This document shows, piece by piece, positions 42,969 to 56,130 of a DNA stretch of 64,000 nt. Every line of letters starts with the position of its first letter. Positions within the stretch are counted from its first letter, which is position 1. Origin of the DNA: Trichoplax sp. H2 (lineage: Eukaryota). Both the position numbers and the translations under genes were made by a program. The DNA lies in assembly GCA_003344405.1 (NCBI GenBank), contig NOWV01000012.1, forward strand, positions 558,001 through 622,000. The letters are read 5' to 3'. The notes beneath the pieces are model-generated. The model searched no databases. It was not told where the DNA came from and worked only from the letters and a program-made list of their open reading frames with translations.

Positions 42969-45900
42969 CTATACAGCCCTATCAAAATAAGTTGCACCAT
43001 GTTGTCTAGGTGGGGCACAAGGCGCTGGCCAATTCGACATGTCTGGTCTTCCTCTTTGTGGTGGTCGCGCCTGAGGCCTCTGTATTGGCTGTATACGATT
43101 AATAGTAGGTTGATTATTATTATAAGCTCTTGATCCACGATGATCGAAGGATTGCTCATTGTCTATCGACAATGTTTGCAGTCTGGACTCCAAAGGTAAT
43201 GGATGGGATTGCATTCTAAAATCATTTATGGATCGACCGGATTCCATTGCTTGATCTCCACATGACCATCCACGACTTTGAACCTCAGTATTGCTATTGT
43301 GAGCATACATACCAGATGAAGTATTCCCATTTGGATACATGCGTGTATCATAATCATTCCGTCCATGTTGCATTCGATGACTATCTGGGCCAGTCCTGTA
43401 TGAGGAGTAATCTATATTTTGTCGTCCATAATCCTCTCTTCTACTATCATAACTAGAAAAGTGATTATTTGTATCTTTGTAATCCCAACCACCATTGAAC
43501 TTAGGCCCACCAGATACAGGGCTTGGGCCAAATTCTCGAGCTACGATCCAATTTGAAGTGCCAGCAAACATATCCATGTTTGACTTGGTAGCAATTGATC
43601 CATCGTTCATCATAGGGTTAACAGGCGGCTTCATAAGAGATTCGCTGTGATCTTCTCTCAATTTTTCAGGATGAACATATTTACACTTATTCCCGTATGT
43701 ACAACGTCGACCATAAGGACAGATCGTCGCTTCAGTATCGGATTCCACACCGCTACATAAGAACATATCTAAAGTTGGACCATGACGACCTAATGGGTCT
43801 TCTACTGGCATAAAGGTATCGCCGACAAAAGAATACATTAATAACTGCTTTTCTATTACCTTTCTCCATTTCGGTGATTCATGCTGTATATCACGAAAGT
43901 TATCATTTGAAACTATTATTCCGTCTTTTTCCGCAGCTAATTTGACTACGAAGTAATCATCGTGATGTGCTCGACGTTTGCCACGAACACGCCGTGATGG
44001 AGTAAAAACTAGAAATCCTTGTGATTCTAATTGTGTTAGTATTTCTTGCTCACAAATAGGGGCATCAGGCTTTGGAGCTTCTTTGCGCCACTCAGGAACG
44101 AAAGCTGTGATTTCTCTATGACCACGATTCAAAAAGTACTGCACGCAGACTTGTATCCCTCGACAAGAGAATATTTTTTTACCACCATGGCTATTGTTAT
44201 TAATGTGATAAGAATAAAACATGTTTTTATTATTATTAACATTAGAATAGGGTCATGTGATTTTGACGTCATATTGCATTATTCGAGTCGAAAGGTTGCA
44301 AGGTACAGTATAAATCCAATTAAACATATTATGATAATAAAAACACATAACAATTGAGACTGCAATTTATTAATACACACAAATACGGTTGCTAAAATAT
44401 CAATAACACGTAAACACCTCTACTTATTTTATGGTATACTGTATATCGAAGTAATTGAACTGATAATGAATTATATACTTTAACATATGTATAGTATAGT
44501 GCAAGATTCTCACTAAAATATATTTATATATTTAGCAATTTTCAACTAGAAACTGGAAATTTGAATTTAAAATTGTAACGTTGCTACGAGTATAATATAA
44601 TAATACGCCTATCAAAAATCCTTTCTTTCATACAGTATACTGTATACTAATTTTCAACTTATCATAATCGAATGTTAACGTAGACATGATCGATGTATGA
44701 CCAGGCTATAAACTAGGTGTATTAGGATTATAATTAAAAGCCACAGAACCGTTACGAAAATCCCTCTATAGTACTGTACTGCAAGATAACTAAAAAATAC
44801 TGACGGATAGCTTATACAATGCGATATAGTACTCTGGTATAACTATGTTGAAAGACATTTATACCGTATACTAAGTATTTTGGATTTTACTACTATTGTT
44901 AGTCAAGTGCTTACCTCATAGCTAAGTTGCTGCCATCAATAACGATATGTTTATACTTTAATTTGACATTCTGATTTTTATCAACCTTTTCGGAAGAGTT
45001 GAACTGTTGAGCAATTTCTTCTAAAGATATTCTGTGCATCTTCCCAGAAGAAACCTCTAAATCTTTGGCATTTTCAATAAGTTTCTTTAAGAAAGCATCT
45101 ATACTTGGGAGCTAAGGACAAAGAAGCAGTTTCTAGATCAATTCTCTGACTATACAGCTATCATTAAGCAAAGTAAAATGTAACGATGGAAGCTATCAAT
45201 TATACTCATTTATACGTTAGTATAAAAAGTCAAAAATTGTTTTGAATTTTCGTCTAGCTACGTACTGTACTGTACTTTACCTGAAAGATGGGTGTGAAAA
45301 ATAAAAAATTACAGTACAGTACAGTACGTACAGTACAATACAATACAATACAATACAATACAATACTATACTATACTATACTATACTTCTAGAGTAACTA
45401 ATGCAGGGCATCATACACTATTGAAACTCCATACTGTAGTCGTATTACTGTACTTGACAAAAATTTTTTACATCTGTCCCATTCTCCTGTGAGTCGCAAC
45501 TAGTCCGGTCTAGTACTATAGCGAAAAAAAAAACTTGCCGTTCTAGCGTTTCTTCGATATGTTATTACCTATAACAATACTGTATAGTATGTTACATAAT
45601 GTTCAGAGCACAGTATTCATTCAGTGACGTCTGTATGGTAGTATGTAGCGCTTAACGCTGGGTCTTTTTTTTTTTTTTTATCGTAAAAAATTTTGATGAA
45701 ATTTTCAAGATTTACTTTCATCATTCAATCATTTCATTAAAAATAAGAATGCCGATCTAATTTTAATATTTTCATCATCAATGTCAAGCAGTACACTTAC
45801 ACTTAATGACTGATCCAATTCTTGCAATACAAGCTTTACAACATCTTTTGAATAACCACTTTTCTTGGCAAAATTTTTCAACTGTTCTACAATCTCCTCA

Positions 45901-46037
45901 CGCGATAAGTTTTCTTCTGAAGATCCTGAATACAGAGGACTTTCGTTACTATTGTCAAGAACTTTGCCAGAACTAGACATAGACGACCATGAGCGCGCAG
46001 TGATATAGTTATTCGGTAATAAATTACTATTCATCAT
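42969..46037 (-). CDS. ZC3H12: Regnase/MCPIP (ZC3H12-family) NYN/PIN ribonuclease with CCCH zinc finger; 3 exons (45801-46037, ~44916-45112, 42969-~44191)
   Basis: N-terminal UBA-like KNFAKKSGYSKDVVKLVLQEL, IVIDGSNLAMSHG split across intron 2, FSCRGIQ..VQYFLNRGH, FVPEWRKE, VFTPSR, DD, IVSNDNFRD, LLMYSFVGDTFMPVEDPLGRHGPTL, CPYGRRCTYGNKCKYVHPE. Confidence 0.95.
45311..45386 (+). repeat. Compound pentanucleotide microsatellite (TACAG)n(TACAA)n(TACTA)n in ZC3H12 intron 1
   Basis: acagtacagtacagtacgtacagtacaatacaatacaatacaatacaatacaatactatactatactatactatac. Confidence 0.9.
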
Positions 46038-47189
46038 ATTTGGGGGTTTATAGTCAATAAGTCTGTAATGTTAATTTATCCTAAGTAATGGAGCGTTTAC
46101 AGAGTTGATCTTCTCTTCTGACTAAAAATTCAGTGCCGTCTTGAACGATCTACGATATGGAAAGGGTGACGAAAGCGGTGTATATTCCGGGTATGTTTTA
46201 TCGCTGAATAAACGACTTGAAAGGGTCAAAATTGTGAAATCTTTTCGTTGAAAAAGTAATCAGATTTGTTCTTTCAATGCGGTACAGTACTACGCTGTAC
46301 TTGAACTGATGTGATCTGTCATCAAAAAGGCAAGAATTGAAAAACGAAACAATTTATTAGTCAAAATCATTGCGTAAATTACAGTAAGTGAATTGTAAGC
46401 CAATAGCACCATAAGTAGGAAATAGACTCAAAACTGCGTAAAATGTCTTTGTAGACGCTTTTTAATGAAACGATAACGAATGTGCAATGGAATACTGGCG
46501 TTAGACTACATTCAAAATGTCAATTTCAATAACGTTTTCATCTTTCGATTGATACGTATGCATCGCACCATAGTCTATAGCGATCGTTAAAAATACGCTT
46601 ATGTAATTTCAGTAACGTGCGAATAGATTGGTATGTTGAACGAATGACAACGAGCATGATCCATTTCTATGAACGTTTTAAAATAAGGAAGAGTAGAGAC
46701 TTGGTGATGAAAAAACTGACGACATCGAGATCAAGTTTATAGCTTTGTTTAGAATTGTTGTTTAGAAAAATCACTTTTCACTTACTTTCTACGATCGATT
46801 TTCTCAGCGAATAATTTCCATTCCTTTTTTTTTCTTCTTGTTCACAGTGTTTCTTACAGCACGCTATGCTACAAACTAACACAATTTCTCCCTCCCAACG
46901 GGACTTATATACTATGTCAAAGCATTGTATTATACCTTACTCAAGTGCACAGCACTGTCTAGTATGGAACAGAAAGCAAATGCATAGTTCCGCGTTCAAG
47001 TCCCACCCGGTACTATACTGTACAGTAGTGCCGCACCGCAGTGCACGTGTCTCAGTATCTACAGTACAGTACTGTACTGTAGTTAGGGCAGTACAATACT
47101 GTACTGTACGTACAGTACTGTAGACCAAACCAAAAAATAACAATAGCAGTAGTGTACAGTACATTGTACTGTACACTGTACTGTACAAT

Positions 47190-47371
47190 CTGATTATTTT
47201 CGATGTCTACCCTTGGTTCAAAAATCAAAAGTTGTATTCCGTTGAAATTCCTGTATAGTATTTATATATACCCTGAGTTATTAGGCTACAACCAAGTATA
47301 GAATTGATCTAGTTTGGGCCTGATTTAGCTTATACAATTCTATGTTTTCAGGGTGCCATGGAAAAGGAAAT
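47190..47371 (+). repeat. Dispersed ~185 bp element, copy 1 (possible MITE or transposon end)
   Basis: ctgattatttt.gatgtc.acccttggttcaaaaatcaaaagttgtattccgttgaaattcctgtata...taggctacaa...ctagtttgggcctgattta.ctta...ttttcagggtgccat.gaaaag is the reverse complement of 55945-56130. Confidence 0.9.
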
Positions 47372-47630
47372 ACTGTACACATACGTACTGTACTGTACTG
47401 TACTGTACACAGTGTACAGTACTGTACGTCAATAAATGAATTCCTACAATACAGTATTTATACTGTACACTGTAACCTCGATGTGAAAGCAATGTTGTAC
47501 AGTACACTGTATACGGTACTGTACGGTATACAGTATTCTACGGTACTGTCAATACGGCAGTAATGCTGTATGAACAATGATCAAGTTTTACTTCCGGGTT
47601 CGGAAGATTTCCCGGAAGACGCAAGATACC

Positions 47631-47687
47631 CGTCTACAGACACTATACTCGTCTACAGACACTATGCTCGTCTACAGACACTATACT
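47631..47687 (+). repeat. 19-bp tandem repeat x3 next to ETS-like CCGGAAG sites
   Basis: cgtctacagacactata/gct repeated three times; cttccgg at 47591 and ccggaag at 47612. Confidence 0.8.
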
Positions 47688-49049
47688 GTACATTGTACAG
47701 GCCTGTAAGGCGTCTATGATGAAACTTTGCCTTTCAGCGCTAGCCGGCATAGCTTTCGGGTACACGCTGGTAGTGCATAATAGTAGTTCTTTTATCAATT
47801 CACTTTCGGATCATATGGAATATACTTTCGTCTTAATGATATTGTTTAACAAACTATCCGCTTTTTGTCATATTATTAAAACTTAGCCAATAATAGTATA
47901 GTTGTAATTAGCTCCATTATTCATTTCTATCATTGTCGTACTGTACTGTACACAGTACGACACTAATCCTACACATTGCACTCGCATGAATGTCTACCGA
48001 AAATCGTCAATCTGTTTTTAATTACAATCAGTCAGAGCAATGGAAAGTAAAATAGAGAAAATATACGGCCTTAATTGAAAATAGAGGTGAGAAATGAGAA
48101 TATAAAGAAGGCACATTCAATCAGTATAGCGCTGCTACACCATCAATTATTACCTGTACCTCTTTGAGGTAATTTGTAATGGTGAACAGTCACGGACTCC
48201 ATTTTTACTGTACAGTATAGATAGTATAGTCATCCATGACAGAATGAACCCGTATATGTTTGGGTCGTGCTCACCCTTTTTCCAATTTTGAAAAATTATC
48301 ACTATTAAACTAGGCAAAAATACATTTTTGGGGGACTGTACTTGAGACATTCCGTAAAAAAATAGACACTCCCCTAGATATTTTACAGCAATATGTACAG
48401 TACTGTACAGTACACTGAGTCATCGACTACTGGAAACCTCTAGAAGCATAGAGAATATACCTCTAAGAACTAGAAATTCCAAGTGTAGACGTAGTATTAA
48501 CTTCAAAGAAAGTTATAATCAATTCGGAGAAAACCTCGGTAAAACATTGCCAGACTGTCAATGGATTGGGATTCCGTAAGTTGGCCATAATACCGTAATA
48601 AAATATTTGCATAACCCTAAAATAAACTTCATATATAGCGTTCTGCATTCCAAAAAAATCAACACAAAACTAAATATAATGTGCCACGCATGCGTAAAAA
48701 AGAACTTTCGGCGCATGTACAGTACATCCAGTGTACACTCACTCACAGTACAGTACAGTATGACGCTTCGCATTCGTGCACTCGTCTGCGCTGCCTCTTT
48801 AGCCTCGGACTGTCAGCTGCCAGGACAAAAACGAGAAGTGGAGTGCTTGCTAAATACAGTACAGTACAGTACAGTACGTACTGTACTGTGTACTGTAGCC
48901 AGTACTCCACTAAAAGCTCCTTCTGCAAAGTTCTTCTTCTTCAAGGCGACCCTGTCTTAATTTCTAGCTCCTCCTCATAGCGCTGTCACTGGACTATAGT
49001 AACTGTATAAATCAGAGACGTTAAGCAATAAATTAAAGTATAGACTAAA

Positions 49050-50888
49050 ATGGGCTCCGGTAGGTCCAGATTAGCTGGAACTGCTAAGGAATTGAAAAAA
49101 GGGGCAACTAATCGAGTTAGCTCTCCAAGACATCCAGGACACAGAGATCCAGAACCAAGTAAAAATCAATGATGCGTGGTTAAGTTGAAATTTCCTTCAC
49201 TTGCCACTATCGGCAGTAAATACGTAGCAACTTGATATATTCATGCTGGATACTGCATATAGTCATTATTGCTATTTATAATCTGCAAATACACCGCATG
49301 CATTTGTTGATGATCAACATTTCTTGCAATTGTAAACCAATGGAGTTAACAGAGAAGGCTAGTAACTACTGGCTAATGATATAACTCTACTGGATGCTAT
49401 AGCTTGTAGTCTCTTGCCTTTAGCTACAGAATGCTATCATTATACTTTAATTACTCTGCAAATGGAATGCATCCAGTCAAGCCATTACAGCACTTTAGTT
49501 CATGTACAGAAATTTACTCTGCTTACAGCGTATTAATGGTAATTTAAATACATCGTAATCATGCATACATTGCTACGTATATTGCATAGGTATCTCATCA
49601 GCCTTAACTAATGCGAATTACATCTTGTAATTACTTCCCGATTTTTCAACTTCGACATACTCTTACTTAAATTTACTTATTTGACATGTTTATTTAGCAT
49701 TCAAGCCGGAAGAGTTACTCAAGAAGGATTCTACCTTAAATGAAAGATTAAAGGGTCTTAGAGCTCAATCAAGAAAAATTGAGGTCTTTAGTTTATCACG
49801 ATAGTTACTAATGCTTAAATTTATTGTTAATTATATATTTTATTTTACTGCACTAGTGCATGCACATTCTTGTACTATATTACCCATATCCCACAGATAG
49901 CAAATTGATTCCACAGTTCCCTAAAGTATAAGCAGAGATAATCTTATTACTTTACCTAGAACTGTAACTATTAAGCCATACCTTGCGTATACTGTATATC
50001 GGAGCTCATATAATAAAAGTAAAGTATAACTCTAATACCTATAATTGTCTTCTACCAATTATGTATCAGCGGTTGCTGATCCATCGATTGATTTTAAGCT
50101 GTAAGAATTTACCGATCAAATACACTGCAGTATATCTTAGGTTGTCATAATCGGCAGCTAGGCTTAGAAAATTTAATATAGCCGCTGCAGTACTGTTATA
50201 AACAGTTATATAGATTAAAGATTCGTACAGTATACCTGAAGATTCCTCTTCAGCAAACAGCAAGAAAACCACCTACAATAATCCATTTACCTTAGAAAAC
50301 TATAATGTCACTAATCCGTCACAAACCATTGCAATTGCTTTTATAAATGCGCAGCATATAAAGTATGGCTAATCCGGATATTACCATGTATTTTTAAAGA
50401 GTATACGTGTATTTTTGAGTAATAAGAATACAACAGTTACGATAACTTACCCTTTATCCAAGAGTGCTTAGTATACGTCGCATCCAATGTCTCCACTAAA
50501 ATTATTTAATTTGTACGGTCAACAGATCTTAATATCGAACTTATTAATATGCCATATTGTACTTTTATTAAAGATCCATGAAAATTTTCCAAACGAAGAA
50601 TTGGTAAATTTAGCATCTAATCGAAAGGTGCTGGTAACAACTAAAACTATAGATCCATCCGCTTATAACAACTATACTCCCGATGAAGTTCCGCCTGGCA
50701 AGTTAAATATGGAACAACTTGTTACGTTATTTACACTATATCAGCATAAATCAATGCCAGTTGAAGAACTTGCTGAAAAATTTAAAATAGATTCTAAGGT
50801 GGCCCAAGATTTAGTTGATAGCTTCGCGTTATTTTCCTCACTTCGCAAACCCGAGCAGCAACCTAAGCCTGCTAGTGAAGAAAACTGA
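49050..50888 (+). CDS. NDUFAF4: Complex I assembly factor NDUFAF4 (3 exons: 49050-49158, 49698-49783, 50574-50888)
   Basis: MG start, SPRHP, LLKKDSTLNERLK, VPPGKLNMEQLVTLF, VEELAEKFKID..LVDSF match the NDUFAF4 motif order as I recall it (PRHP, KDEKL..LK, IPKGKI, EKI..EY.L); splice phases are consistent. Confidence 0.75.
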
Positions 50889-52516
50889 TTTAAAAACTTG
50901 CAAGATAGATTATACGGTTTTTATATCTACTTATTGAAGCTGTAAAGGTATCAAAATTTATAGATATTAATACTGTAGACGAAATCGGCAACAACAAGAT
51001 GTCACTACACTTCTTAAAACAATGTATTGCTAAGAATAATACTAGGCCCGGCAGCTCAGCAATTGTCAATCTAACAACATATAGCCTTAGGAGCTATGCT
51101 TTCGTTAGCTTCAATCGGGGATCTTCTGTAAATTTATTTTATTTTTAATTTCTTGCATCGCAATACTCGCATATATGAAGCTATAAGCGGTGGAAAGAAA
51201 ATTCGAATAAAATAATTTATCCGATAACAGTACAACATTGACATGCTCGGTAATTATATATAAGAGATCGGTCAATGTATACTGTACATTGCCCGTAACA
51301 TATATGTAATAAGTTATAATTGATTTCCGTTAATTTACTCAGAATAGTTACTTTAGTGCTTTTGCTATAACCAAAAATTATGTTGCTTGACGTCTTAAAA
51401 GCTTCAATTTTATATAAACTGTCAACGCAAAGTATGTATATCATTTGAAAACTTCAAGGTATCATACACTGTATACACTTCCTTTCTATCAAATCAGTGT
51501 ATTTTAAAAGATTAAATTTGAAACCACAAATTTCATCGTATCGACGTATGTATTATAATAAAATGATAAGTTTTATATCACACCAATGTTCAGGCGCACT
51601 ATTATTCTTGTACTACCGTCGAATACTTCATAGAACTCTAGCTATTTTTAATGGCACAAGTTGGAACGCTACGAGCAGTCGATATCCAACATTAAAATGA
51701 ATTGTGATTAATACGATCATACCCTAAAGTCTATTACCGGATTAAGGAAAATTTTCTATATCAGACTCGGAGTAAGGAATCGATAGAACGCCACACTATA
51801 CTACAGTTAATTGCCAGTAATTCATCACTTGGCAGACGAAACATATGAATTTACGATTGCTCGATATTAACGCTATAATACCATTATGGTGTTAAAAACA
51901 TTCAAAGTCTTGCAAGTACACCTGATCAAGGTTCAGAGTTGGAAGTACTAATAATTACAGGACAGCTAATTAGAGTATATAACCAATGTAATTCATCTTT
52001 CGGTAAGCTAAAATACGCATTCCGAACACTATTTAACCTTGTCAAAGGACAACAATTAATCATGAATTATCACTAAAGTATCCATTTATAAGATTTGTAT
52101 ACATCTAGGCATATTATTTAACTTAGTATGTTACTGATACATGTCTTTGCACGAAAATTTTGGTAATACATAGAGGTATTCCGCTAACATTGACATGATG
52201 ACAGGAATCAAAATTTTTGTTACAAATTTGGGTATTCTACATCGGCTGCGTTATATAAAATCATATTTTCCTATTGATACTTTTAATATGCAAGTATGTT
52301 ACGTCGTAGTAAGGAATTCATCCATAGTTCTATTTCAAGCAATATAGAAATAATACCATAGTACAATATTAGAAACAAAATCAGCTCTTGATATTTTATG
52401 TCGTTATCCTACAGTAAGTATTGCATAATAATCATCGCAAGTTTGATAGCTTACTAAGTATTTTCAATCATATAAGGTAAAATAATGTAAGGTAGTAATT
52501 TAATAGATATCGTCGT

Positions 52517-55176
52517 TTATTTTCCAAATCTTTGCTGGCAATTGGAGTAATCCCTTATAACGTTTAAGAATAAGCTATACGGCAGATTCCAATGCGATAG
52601 TAAAGACCTATAATGAAATATCAGTACATCAACGATCGATTCATAACAGGCTATAACAACTTAAATAATCATATCCTTACATCGCGGTTACTTCTAGCAT
52701 TGCTAAACTTACGTTATTTCGGTCAGCCTAATTTGCCAAGGTAAAAAGCCCAACATAGAATCAATATCACCAAATTTTATTACCAGTTCAGGATCCGGAA
52801 ATCCATGCGTGGCTATATTACGCATTCAATTAATTGATGCAAACATCAAGAAGACAAAAAGAAGATTGACATCTTTTCTAGCTATTACATAAATTTAAAT
52901 CAACATCTTTGATACTAGGCTTCAATCATTTTCACTATACCTAATTTACGCTAACGGCAGTACAATGCATACTAATTTAAGCACAACTGCACAAGGATAC
53001 AATCAATATACGAGTTAGTGATGCTCAAAGCAAATCACATACGTTTACAACAAAATGCAAAATCATATTTGCAATTATCCTTTATACAACTGCCTACCAT
53101 AGGCTGAATAGAGAATGATGTCACTTGATACAGGAGACAGTCTGTTCATTTTACTTACCATGCAAAGTAGACGTAACCCTGTCAATTTCTTGATCAGTGA
53201 CTGTAGCGTGATAAAAATTAGAGTCAGAGCATAACTTTTGGGCAGCTGTGACAATATCTTGACGTCCATCTGAATTTGATAGGAAGTTTAGGCGAATTGG
53301 TTTGGAATATCCTAAAATTTTTTCGTCGATCGTTACCAATAGAAATGTATAGTAATAGCATTAATTAGATAGAATCTTTTTTATTCAACTTGATCACCTG
53401 TATTTAAAAATTCTATCAAAATATCATTATCGTAGAAAGTAGATACTTTAACTACTAATTGTTGTAAGAATCCAACATGTCAAATAATCATACAGTATCA
53501 GAGTATCATATCCTGCCATAATGATGCTTACAGTAAGACAGAAACAATCTAGCCGTAGTTAATGAAGGGTACCATTCTATCTTATTAACTATCAACATAG
53601 CATACATGTCTCATATTTGTAATATTTATGTACACTATCTTAAATGACTATTTTCCGATTGTTGGTACTCACAACATTTACACAACATGACGTACAATTT
53701 ACGAAATTATGAACAAACCTGGTATGCTAATATTAGCCAATGCTATGCCGTTACGACAACTTAAGACCATTTTCGTCTTCTCTTTACTTAGTAAGAGGTT
53801 ATAATAATTAGTTACCTCTTGATTAATTTTGTGTCTCATCTCTTTCAACCAACCTGAAGAAAACGATGATAGCTCAATCAATTAGATGTAATTGTATTAT
53901 GCTAGACAGGCTCTTTTGACAAAATTACTATACATCTCAATAACAGTTTTAGCATATGATGAACTTTAAACTATATCAACAGTGGAATAGAAAGCCAAGA
54001 TATAATTTATAACAGGGTACTAGCGTCCGTTATTGAATAAGAATTGAAGTCATATTGTACAAGTTGAGTTCTCTCTACTCAGGTAATTCATTAATTGTAA
54101 TTAATAGCAGCAATACACATGGCTAGATTTACAACTATTCAACGTCTGAAAGTTGCACTATTATCAACACTGATTTTAACTTTTAGTCTGTACATAAGGG
54201 TATACTGTACTGTACGTACTACAGTCTATTTAATTTAATTATTAAGCAAATCAGATCTGTTGACTCTATCAGATACTTCAACATCCTGTCTCATGATATC
54301 TAAGTTATAATATTACTTATTTACACCCAAAGAATAATATCGTGCCTAAGCGTAGATATAACATTTTTAGACTTTGGCATTAGTCACTTATTTTGGGCAG
54401 TTTGTAAGTACAGCAATGTAGACGCACTGGACAGTACATTGTAGTTTTACCATGGAATATGTTAATAATACAAATTTGCTTGGGTAGTCCATATAAATAC
54501 TGTACATAGCAATTACTGCAGAGTAGCAAGTCAACAGTCGCACCATATCAGGAATACAACAGTCATGATGATCTAATTGGCATGCAAGTAAGACATGCAC
54601 TACCGTCAAGTTTTCAATTAGCAGGAGATTGCTTGTACGGTCTACGAATACGCGTACACAATTATGATCATCACTTGCAATCCATTGCATGCCAACAGTT
54701 TTAAAAGTAACTCAATTTTGAAATTGTATGATGTTGATGCAGTAAGATTAATGAAACGATTTAAAAAGAGTACTTTGAATGTATTTGTATTGTTACAGGA
54801 AGTAATCAGGCAGAACCGCATGTGATTGCGTTGATGATGACCTAGAATGAGCGAAGAAAATATTCTCACCTTTCTGATCAAATAATGTAACACATGGTAT
54901 GCCTATTCCAATAGACCAAACAATGACTTTGGCGATATCTTTACAACTGATGCTATCTTCAACAACAACTAATCCAATATGAGCAGGAATTTGCTTCATC
55001 CGTTTGCTATCTCTATGTATAGAACTAAGGTCGATCAGGCTACCAGGATTTTGAATAAAATTCATGGCAACGATGGATTTGGTTGTAATCACCACCTTGT
55101 CCCATACGCTAAACAGCCATATCCTCAGTCGTATTAATGTATGTAGTAAATACAGTATATTCGTGTATAAAGACAT
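52517..55176 (-). CDS. NUS1: Dehydrodolichyl diphosphate synthase subunit NUS1/NgBR
   Basis: [79 protein letters not shown] and C-terminal RxG motif [10 protein letters not shown] (stop 52517-52519); start approximate. Confidence 0.92.
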
Positions 55177-55944
55177 TAATTTACTTACGACACTACGGTG
55201 GGATTAATCTAAAAGTATCAATCAATCAATCAACCGAAAGCATCTTGCAACAGTTTACAGATTACACTGAATGCCAGCAAGGAAAGCAAGCTTGCAATCG
55301 ACAAGACGCCATTTCTCCAACTCTGGTGTTTTGCGCGAGCTGTCAGCTCTGTAGTTGGTCGTTGGTACCGTACCGCGTTCCAGGGTGGTACAATGTACAG
55401 TACTAATTTGGGAGTACTGTACACTGTACACTGTAGGTCTTCTTTGTGTAGTCTACTGTATAGACTGTCTGTACTGCGCAGTAACGGTTGGCCTTGAGGT
55501 GTGACAATTTGGGACAGTCCGCAGAGTGGATCGTGGACGGAACGGACTGGAACGGTACGGTACCATTTTACGTGTCAGCGTGTCATTGAACTGAAGAGTC
55601 TTCGGACTACGATCAGACAGACACCGGCAAGATGCTGATGGAGTCACTGCAAATGGAATAGTATGGCGAATTCATTCATTCATTGTAATCAAATCATTTG
55701 ACTGTGAAATCAAAAATGCTTTCATTTATGCAATCGAATTGATTCTATAAACATGAATATAGGCAGAATCAGTTCAAATGAAATGAAATCACTTCCAACT
55801 TGGTCCCAACTTTCATAGTCCATGCAAAACTCGCTAATCAACTTGAAGTACTTTACTGTATACTGTACACTGTGCTGTCGTGCATGTCTAGACCTGACTC
55901 AATTTACCCTTCCATTTGTGCCAATGTCCAGTACAAGTCTGATT

Positions 55945-56130
55945 CTTTTCAATGGCACCCTGAAAAGATACAATTGTGTAAGTTAAATCAGGCCCAAACT
56001 AGAGAAATTCTATGGGTAATTGTAGCCTAATCACTCAGTCTTGCTCATTTGACGGATATATATTATACAGGAATTTCAACGGAATACAACTTTGATTTTT
56101 GAACCAAGGGGTGACATCTAAAATAATCAG
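55945..56130 (-). repeat. Dispersed ~185 bp element, copy 2 (inverted relative to 47190-47371)
   Basis: cttttcaatggcaccctgaaaa...aaatcaggcccaaactag...tgtagcctaat...tatacaggaatttcaacggaatacaactttgatttttgaaccaagggg.tgacatc.aaaataatcag. Confidence 0.9.

Noticed and set aside
47205..47232. tRNA B-box-like GGTTCAAAAATC in the dispersed element
   Set aside because: No A box or cloverleaf; cannot support a tRNA or SINE call.
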